A DNA stretch of 64,000 bases from Octopus bimaculoides (taxonomy: Eukaryota), in the NCBI RefSeq assembly GCF_001194135.2, contig NC_068985.1:69304085-69368084 (forward strand), in the 5' to 3' direction. The notes under the pieces were generated by a model. It worked only from the letters and a program-made list of their open reading frames with translations. It made no database searches and was not told where the DNA came from. The position numbers and the translations under genes were made by a program. Shown here one piece after another: positions 55,250 to 64,000 of this stretch. How positions within the stretch are numbered: position 1 is the first letter of the stretch; the number at the start of each line of letters is the position of its first letter.

Positions 55250-55740
55250 AGTAAGGGGAGACTACTGTACCAACTTCGCTAGAAGTGACGGGATAAATTT
55301 CACTGTAGCTGTAGGCAAACTGCATAATGGAAAACACTGGACCTTATAGTTGAATACTACTACAAGAGGCTTACATTTTTTCAAGAAGTCACTGATATGT
55401 ATATTCAGCAGCATTGTGGAACGCCAGGTTGACACATGGAATGGAATTGTCTTAGCAGAGACGAATCTTGTAGTCGACAATGAAATCACCGAGTTACCAG
55501 AAAATTATAGACCCAATGCTTGCCTAAACATTACGTACAAATTTACACAAGCTGCATAAACCATTTCCTCCAAGAAGGGAGTGCGGGTATGTGACGATGA
55601 ACAAAGCTCTACAAGTATAGCTTGATTATAGGAGGGCATTTGACTGTATTTCCCACTCAATCCTGCTGAAGTGTCTCACGTGGCAAATGTGACTGCTACC
55701 TTAATTGAGAGGCTCACAGACACTTGACTACAATTCTTAC
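55250..55740 (+). mobile_element. R4/Dong-type RT fragment, deleted and degenerate
   Basis: PENYRPNACLNITYK; DYRRAFDCISHSILLKCL. Confidence 0.7.
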
Positions 55741-56294
55741 ACTTAGACCTGAGAGCAAAACTATCGTCCCTAATATTATAAATATTCTATTTATTTTGGT
55801 ATTTAACTCATTATCACTCCTGCTACAAATATGAAATTACTACATGATGTGTCCTGAAATCGTTAGAGATTTTAATGTAGCCCATAATTTCTTTGTGAAT
55901 GATTAAAAAAATTGCGCTAAAAATTTTGAAAATGACAAAAAATTAGCAGGAATTAATAACAACGGATGTCATCTGAGACAGGAAACGTATTTGTCCATAA
56001 GAAACGTTCATAGTTGATGGCTGAATGTGTAAAACAGTTCCCCGAAACAAAACCTGTGTCTCGATGGTCTTACTAACTCTCCTGTTGTACACAAATAATG
56101 TTACGAGTACCTACACCTTAATAAAAACATATCACCCAATACATTTTTTAAATCCTAGTTTATTACTCAATACCTCTCTTGCCGAACCGCTATGCAACGA
56201 GGAAGTAAACACACCAATAGCGATTGTAAAGTGGTGATGGGGAACAAACACAGACATAAAGACACACACACACCTATATATATAAATATACTTA

Positions 56295-56445
56295 TATACG
56301 ACGGGCTTTCAGTTTCTGTCCAGCAAATCCACAAGGATTTTGATCGACCCGAGGCTATAATAGAAGTTACTCACCGAAGTTGTCACGCAGTGGAAAGAAA
56401 CAGCATCTGTGTGGTTAGAAAGTAAACTTCTTACCACACAACTAC
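56295..56445 (-). mobile_element. Octopus-type SINE fragment
   Basis: Minus strand TATAGCCTCGGGTCGATCAAAATCCTTGTGGATTTGCTGGACAGAAACTGAAAGCCCGTCGTATA tail. Confidence 0.75.
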
Positions 56446-56808
56446 CACTAAATAGAATGCATATAAAATATACTTTCGATACAAATTGATTATAATCCCT
56501 ACGTGTTTCGAACACTCAGCCGTTTGATCTGGTGTGTGACGTGCTTGATGATCCACAGATCCTTGTTCCAGAATACGTCGCAGTTGAATAATTTGAACTG
56601 CCTCGTAAATGATAATTTGAATGTGGTTTGTTTGTGTTCGTAGTGTAAATTTGTAGTAGATTTAAAATTACTGATATATCGGGCCATTCTTCATGAGCTA
56701 ACAATTTTGCTTTACAAAATTGAAGAGGTACATCACCATTTTTCGAAATGCAATTCATGGTGTCTGATTATATTGTGTTTTCTCTTGTAAATCAATGTTT
56801 GTTAACCG

Positions 56809-57820
56809 ATGGATAGATAAAAAATATGCGTTGTTTATGAGTATCAGTTCCGTCGTGGAAACAATGCATTCCAGACAGCTCGAAATATCGATGAGGCGTT
56901 TGGTGAAGATGTGGCAAATAAGCGCGCTGTACGTGGATGGATTGAGAATTTACGGTCTGGTAACTTTACCTTTGAAAATCAGCCCTGTGGTAGAGCTGAG
57001 AACAAGGTGAATAACGATGAACTGGAAACTATAGTGGAAGCGGATACATCTCAAACTACGCGTAATTTAGCAGCAAGGCTTGATGTTTCAATTTCAACTG
57101 TATTGGACCATCTGAAACAAATCGGCAATGTAAAGAAGCTGGACAAGTGGGTACCGCATGAAATGAAAAGACATCAAATGGCACGTCTTCTTGAAACTTG
57201 CCGTTCTTTGTGGCACGATGTAAAAGCGAACCATTTTTGCATCGCATTGTTACACGTAATGAAAAATGGATTCTTTTCAACAATAGCGACCGTTCTACAC
57301 GGTGGATGAATAGAGACGTATTGCCAAAACACAACCCCAACAAGAATATTATCAAAAAAAGCTAATGGTGCTTGTTTGGTATTCCAGCGCTGGTGTTGAC
57401 CACTATAGCTTCATGAAACTCGGTACGTCAATTACATGTATAAATCAACCAATTGAATGAAATGATGATTGAATTTGCAATTAAACAACCGAGATTGGTG
57501 AATAGAGACAAGCCAAATCTTTTACGAGATAATGCTCGACAATATGTTGCACAAAGAACGCTACTCAAATTACAGGAAGTGAGCTTGGAAGTAATCTGTT
57601 ATTCTCCATATTCACTAGACCTTGGACCAACTGACTATAACGTTTTCCAGGCATTAGACATTTTGGAAGGAAAAACTTCAAATCTGAAGAAGATACGAAA
57701 AGCAACCTTCCGTGAGTTTTATCACTTCTTGCTCTCCAGAATCCTTCGCTGCCGGCATAAATAAGCTACAGACAAAATGGCAAATTTGTGTTGGTAATTT
57801 AGGTGCATACATCGATTAAA
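56809..57820 (+). pseudogene. Near full-length mariner transposase pseudogene
   Basis: YQFRRGNNAFQTARNI...KKLDKWVPHE (WVPHEL motif), RIVTRNEKW, KLMVLVW, LLRDNARQY, YSPYSLDLGPTDY (YSPDLAPSDY motif); several frameshifts; TIRs not recognised. Confidence 0.9.
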
Positions 57821-58039
57821 AGCATTGAGATAGAATTAAAAAAAACATTCAGTTCATTTTTAAGCCTGAAGAAGGGACTTGTATGTCGTGAAATATTGGA
57901 TACATATAAAACCAAAGATTACCAGGTAACTTACTCTTAGTTTACGTTACCGCATCTTAAAATCTATCTACATTGTTTAGCCTTTTAAATCTTGCAACAT
58001 TATAATCCATATACATTGCTTTAAGCGAACTATAAAATC

Positions 58040-59893
58040 TTATTAAATAAAAAGGTGTTTTGGAAAGTGGTACCGGCGGTAAGACAGGTGGTTGGAGGAA
58101 GAGAAAAAAGGGTGAAAGAGTAAATGAAATTTGTTGAAAGGAAGAGATGGACAGAGTATTTTAGTGAGCTGTTAAATGTTGAGGATGTTAGGGAAGCAAG
58201 TATAATAGTTGTAGGGGGAGAGAGAGAATGCCTGTTGTTGGGGAATGGAACTACAGTCAATTGGAAGAGGAGGGGAGCAAATCCCTGCGAGAGATGGCAA
58301 ATTGGAAGACGCCATGTATAGATGGATGTACAGTGGAATGCCCAAAGAAAAGAGCAGTAACAGTGATTCAATGGTTAGTGAGGTTTATGAATGTTTGCTA
58401 TATGCCTGGAAGAGTACCAAAGGACTGGTGCAGTGCCGATATAGTGCCACTGTACAAGACGAAAGGGATAAATGTGAGTGTGTAAATTGTAGGTGTTTAA
58501 GTCTGTTGTGTGTGGTTGGTAAATTGTATGGAAGAATCTTGTTTTTTTGGCTGAGGAACCAGACAGAGAGTGTACTACAGGAGGAGAAGTGTGGTTATAG
58601 GAGTTGATGTGGGTGTACAGATCAAATATTCGTAGTGAGACAGATGTGTGAGAATTTTTTGGCAAAAAAGAGAGAGGTGTATTGGGCCTTTATGAACCTA
58701 GAGAAGGCATATGACCAAGTGTATAGGGATGCAATGTGGCAGGTGTTGCGGTTATATGGAGTATATGGTAGGTTTTTGAGAGCTGTTCAGTGTTTTTATA
58801 GAGAAAGTAGAGGTGTGCGTTAGTGTAGGTTTTGAAGTAAGTGAGTGATTTCATGTGAAGGTGAATTTAAGACAGGGTTGGTGTAGTGAGAGAGGTAAAT
58901 ATTAGAACACTTGGTCGGGGAGCCCAAATTGTGAGAGAAAATGGAGAGAAATGGCAAGTGAGTCAGTTGTTTCTTGCCGATGATATAGCACTGGTTTCGG
59001 ATTCGGAAGAGCGAATGAGGAGACTGGTAGCAGAGTTTAGAAGAGTGTGTGAAAAGAGGTAACTTAAAGCGAATGTAGCTAAGAGCTAGGTGATGAGATG
59101 TTAGAGAGATGGAATGTCTGGTAGGGTGGATGTGAGTATAAATCGTGAGATGTTAGAGAAAGTGAGTGTCTTTAAGTTTGTCTGAGGAGGTGAGATACAG
59201 AGAGGTAGGGGAGCAAGATACTTGAAGTTGTGAAAGGTATGCTAAGAAATAGAAGGTTCAGTATGAAAGCGAAAAGAAGTGTGTATGAGAGCGTGATTGT
59301 GCCGACAATGTTATATTTGTGCAGAAACGTGGGTCTCAGAGTGGCGGAAAGGAGTCGACTAGGTGTATTTGAGATAAGATGTCTGAGAGTTATGGTTGGT
59401 GTGACACGGATGGACAGGATGAGGAATGGGGACGTGTGAAGAGGAACAGGAATGATAGAAAACCTAACAGCCAAATTGGATAGACAAATGTTGAGGTGGT
59501 TTGGCCAGACGGAGAGGATGGATGAGGAGGGGATGGTAAGGAAGGTGATAAAGGCTGAAGTGGTAGGCAACAGAACCAGAGGTAGAATTCGGTTTGTGAT
59601 GATGGATGGAGTGAGGAATAGCATTGGTGATCAGAGGTGTTGGAGTGAGAGAGGCAAGAGAGTTTATGAATGACAGGAAAGCTTGGAGAGTGTTAGTGGA
59701 CGGATGAGTGAATTTTGATGTTGCTCAAAGTAGTCCAGAACCAACATGGATAGGTGGGATTAAGCCAGCATATGATGTAGCCTCGCTGCTGATATTGGGG
59801 GTTGTGTTCTATGCCTTGATACTATCATAGAACGGGACTTGCCCCTTTGAGGTGGGAAAGAAATGGAAGGCCTAAAAATGGGGAATAGGCCTG

Positions 59894-59950
<57 letters not shown>

Positions 59951-59951
59951 C
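58040..59951 (+). mobile_element. RTE-clade LINE, 5'-truncated, with probable 3' UTR and (TATC)n tail
   Basis: RWTEYFSELLN; VPKDWCSADIVPLYK; LSLLCVVGKLYGRIL; FMNLEKAYDQVYRDAMWQVL; LFLADDIALV; LRWFGQTERMDEE; AGGCCT...AGGCCT stem (59868-59892) then (TATC)n to 59951. Confidence 0.9.
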
Positions 59952-60508
59952 TTTATGGAAAACGCGATCACTTTCTCTTATATTTGACATACATACGCAA
60001 ATGGCCGCACCAAAGCGCGAAGTAAATTAGATGTTTGCTGGTACTAAAGCCTTTTATTCAAGGACATTAATACTGAGCTGCAGCAACACACGTGACAGTA
60101 AAGTCTTTCTCGACAAAGCTTTTAAAATATAACAGCAAAATTGAGTCGGACTAAGGCTTTGTTTATTTAAGCATTATATGATGAGTCACGAAAGTCTTCA
60201 CAGATCACCCTTTTTCCTTTCGTGGAGTTTACAAATGTGCAGAGAATATCCCCCTCCCTGGTGTACATACTGCCCAACGTATGGTAACACAGAGGAAGAG
60301 ATAGCAGTGAGAACAACAACAACAATATCATGAAGCATGTGACATGCCATCTACTTTCTGAAACAATAATGCTTTATATCCGTTAAAAAGTTAAAACCAT
60401 ATATAAGGATGAAGGTAAATGGCAGAGATGTGCGGGAGATAAAATTATATGAAAATTGAAAATGTAAAACAAACCAAATTCAAATATGTTCAACATTTAG
60501 TGAGATAG

Positions 60509-60825
60509 TACGAGGAGTCATTTTTCTGTGAACAAGAGTCCTATTCAGGTGATAGAGTGTCTTTTTCCTGCGCAATGGACATTATCAATGGTGAGAAATA
60601 TTACAGATTCTTCTATCTATATGCGTCTTGCACTAGATCTTTAGCAACAGAGAAAGTACGAGGAGTCATTTTTTTCTATCTAGAAGAATCTGTAATATTT
60701 CTCACCATTGATAATGTCCATTGCGCAGAAAAAGGTCACTCGATCACCTGAATAGGAGTCTCGTTCACAGAAAAATGACTCCTCGTAATATCTCTGTTGC
60801 TAAAGATCTAGTGCAAGATGCATAT
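60509..60825. repeat. Compound inverted repeat A-B-a-A'-B'
   Basis: A 60509-60615 / A' 60681-60787; B 60619-60653 / B' 60791-60825; partial second A start at ~60657-60675. Confidence 0.95.
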
Positions 60826-63311
60826 GAATTACAAGTTCAACTAGCTATTCACCCGAACATGCTGACCGATGAGGAGTTTTGTTCAGAGTAAAACACACAT
60901 GCACACATGCACAGATATACAAACACACACACACACACATACACAGCACGTAAAACCGATTGCAGCTAAAGGTCGTACTTAAGATATTTTACATGCGAGC
61001 AAACTGATCGCCCTTTTCCTTTCGTGGAGTTTACAAATGTACAGAGAATATCCCCTGCCAAGAGGCATGGCTGGTGTAGATACAATAATAATACATTCGC
61101 AGGAACGGTTGCTAGATGCACGGAACTATACAATGGTACCATACAAAAAGACATATATCTGGCCCAGGCCGCCAAGCTTATTAGACGGTAAAATTCAGGG
61201 GCAGAAAGACAAGAAAACTGTATTTTATAAACGTGTTTCCATATGCATAAACCGCCGGAGACAGCAGGTCGGGCGGAGGTGGAAGGAACGCTGGAAAAAG
61301 CGATGACTGACATTTAGCATATCTCGAGAGCCAAGAAATTTTCGGATATTTCAGTGAACATCAGACTGAAACTCTGACCGTCTCGAACACGTGGAATCTC
61401 GAGCCCGTGGTTCACTTTGGTGCAAAAAACGTTCTCCAGCCACCGTTTCGATGAACAAGGACAGTGAGAGTGAAGATCTTAGAAATGCCATCTGACGTAA
61501 ATGTATGGTGTATTGTAGTGTGCATTTAATTGAAAGAGATTCAGACTCCTAGAGTGCTTGCTCTCCCACTTCTTGTGAAAGCGACATCCTCCGTTTGTCA
61601 AACGGTCCATACGCTTACAGCAGCCATTGGGCTAATTATGTGCAGGCATGCGCTTACGATGCGACATCTCCGGCGTCTCATTGAGACTGAAGCATGTATT
61701 CACCGTTTGCTAGACAGTATTTTCCACATCTCGTCTCATTGATAGAACTACAGTCCTTGATTAATTGTAGACGAGAAAGAGCGTCAATTGGCCAAGCGGT
61801 CGGTGGAAGATTCAAATCTGAGTTCTATAGAAGAATGTGAATCAGCCCACTCTGAATATGCATCTGAAGGCCTAAGGATAGGGTGGGACTAAGGAGGAGA
61901 GAGGTGCTCACCTGAGATGTCTTTTGTAGTCGGGGTGACCGAAATGTGTGAGATTTCGTAGTTTACATGATGTGAAAATGCCGATGATGATATTTTAGAT
62001 GCAATAACGTTAATTACAGCAATGGTTATAGTATCATAAATGTAATTACAGAGAAAATTATTACAAAATGAGAAGAATGATAGCGAGCATTTAGCTGCGA
62101 CAATAACGCTGCTGGATAAGACGATTATTTTATATGATAAATACAATGATAGTGATACTTATCGTATAAGAAAAAAATTATTCATGGTTTGAGTGACAAT
62201 AGTCATGATACAATAATAACAATTGTCTTCGTCATCATTCTATATACATATACATGAATAAACAGCTTCCTAAGTTCTTCTTAGCATCCACATATCGTTG
62301 TTTGCAAACCAGGAAAAAGTACCGAAACCACCATCAAATAAACGATTTTCTTTCTCTGTAACTAAGGTAACTACTTATTTGGTCGATGAATACTAAGCAA
62401 TCTTCCTCATTTTAAAATGTCAGTTATTTGAAACTGCATTCATAAAACGAGATTCAGTTTATATATTTTATTTCCACCTCTGGGAATTTTCATTGGTATA
62501 ACACTAGAAATAAAAAAAAATATCTGTAGCGCGGAAGGAGAGAAAACTGATCTGGTATTACACATGAATAAATATATGTGCAACACATGAGCATGTACTA
62601 ATTCAGGCGAGTGTTGTGTAAGGGTAAGCACGCTTAGCTTAATGCTGGTGAGGCATAAACTAGAAAGTATATTTTATGGGCACACATATATATATCACTT
62701 TTGTCTGCAATGCTAGAAAGAATGTGTTGGTACATGTGTAAACACAGGCACCGCGCGCGCGCACACACACACATACATGAGATATGTCTGTGCGTGTAAC
62801 TTTATTATTGATTGTAATACCATTGTTACAGTTGTTGCTGTTGTATGATATATACATATGTACACGATTGTGGATATGCATGTGTTTACCCTTGCATTTG
62901 TGCATATGTGTGCCTGTATAGTAATACAACAAAATACGAACAAAAGTACGTACTCAGGTCTACTAAAATGCTGGGCCAATTTTCATGGGATTATATATGG
63001 TCACTGGATATGCAAGAAGTAGCACAGAATCACATTCGAATCGCACCTTAGCGTCTTTACATTGCAGAGATCCATATAACACTTTTCTATATAACTGACT
63101 CCAAGCGGGATTGGCAACGCAACGTCAAATAACAGAGGATTTCTCGATCGAATCTAAAGTACGTCAAACAACATCAACTGAAAATTCCTATTCGAAAAGC
63201 ATCGATCAGTTTTTAACAGAATGATGAATCAATAAACAAAGAACAGTGTCCTGAGCGAAGCACTTCATTGTATCTACTGTACTTTTTCAAAGCCAATATC
63301 GCAGTTGTTAC

Positions 63312-63532
63312 AAGATGGTGAGCTGGCCGAAACGTGAGTACGTCGGGTGAAATGCTTAGTGGAATTTCGTATATCTTTACGTTCTGCGTTGAAAAGTCCC
63401 GCAGCGATCGACCTTGCCTTTCACCCTTCCGGGCTCGATAAATTAAGTGCCAGCGGCGTACTGGGGTCGATCTAATCCACTGGCACCCTCCCCCACAATG
63501 TTCGTACCTTGTGCCTGGAGTAGAAAGAAATA
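63312..63532 (+). mobile_element. tRNA-derived SINE, near complete
   Basis: GGTGAGCTGGCCGAAACG head, GCCTTTCACCCTTCCGGGCTCGATAAATTAAGT core, AGAAAGAAATA end. Confidence 0.85.
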
Positions 63533-63589
63533 TCGAAGTTGTTACTGTATTTTATGTCTTTCTCAATCCACTGCAATTTTCCTTTCTGT

Positions 63590-64000
63590 GTAGGTAGCCC
63601 CTGCCGATATTTTCAGTACGTGTTATGCATTGTCAGCAGCTTCTTAGTTCTCAATTCTGTTATCTTTGCTTTCCTTATCTATGACTTTGCCACTTTTATT
63701 GAAGGAGTAATGTATCTTATTACTGGAATGAGTGATGATTTCATTGCTTTGATATTTCCTGCATTTATACTGTTTAGAGTACATTCCAGAATTTCTATTT
63801 CAGTTTCGAGAGTCTCTCTCTCCCATTTCCCCTTCTTTATCCTATTATCTCATATCATACCTCGGTACTTGTGTCCTTCGTTATTTCTCAACTTTGTAAT
63901 GGTATTATTTTCTGGAAATTTTATGGCATCAGAGTTTATATCGCAGTCTATCTTCATATTTAACTCTCTGCATTTATATACTCCAAACTGCATCTCAATA
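63590..64000 (-). mobile_element. R4/Dong-type RT C-terminal fragment
   Basis: EMQFGVYKC...HKYRGM; IPVIRY; KKLLTMHN. Confidence 0.7.

Overview
AT-rich, gapped (8 N-runs), repeat-dominated animal genomic DNA. The SINE families, microsatellite load and transposon spectrum point to an octopus/coleoid cephalopod genome (inference from recalled repeat families, not a database search). I could not identify any host protein-coding gene. Nearly all long ORFs in the track are artefacts of N-runs or microsatellites, or are transposon remnants. Recognisable content is a dense set of decayed mobile elements: R4/Dong-type LINE pieces (4-5), L1/Tx1-type ORF1 and ORF2 pieces, two RTE LINEs (one with a probable 3' end), three different Penelope-like GIY-YIG elements, a Gypsy gag-pol remnant, a Helitron helicase with its 3' terminus, two mariners, two Tc1s, a Chapaev3-like transposase, several MITEs and many tRNA-derived SINEs. 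The most notable observations are: hammerhead-ribozyme-like cores inside a 60-bp-TIR element next to a Penelope cluster (13-21 kb); a compound palindrome flanked by a duplicated ~50-bp block (60.2-61.1 kb); a strand-switching microsatellite palindrome; two complementary LINE halves in twin-priming-like geometry at an (AAT)n tract; and a possible spliced non-coding or 5'UTR exon pair at 44.9-46.0 kb. Element boundaries are approximate unless a terminal motif is quoted. I found no clear-cut novel multi-gene system.
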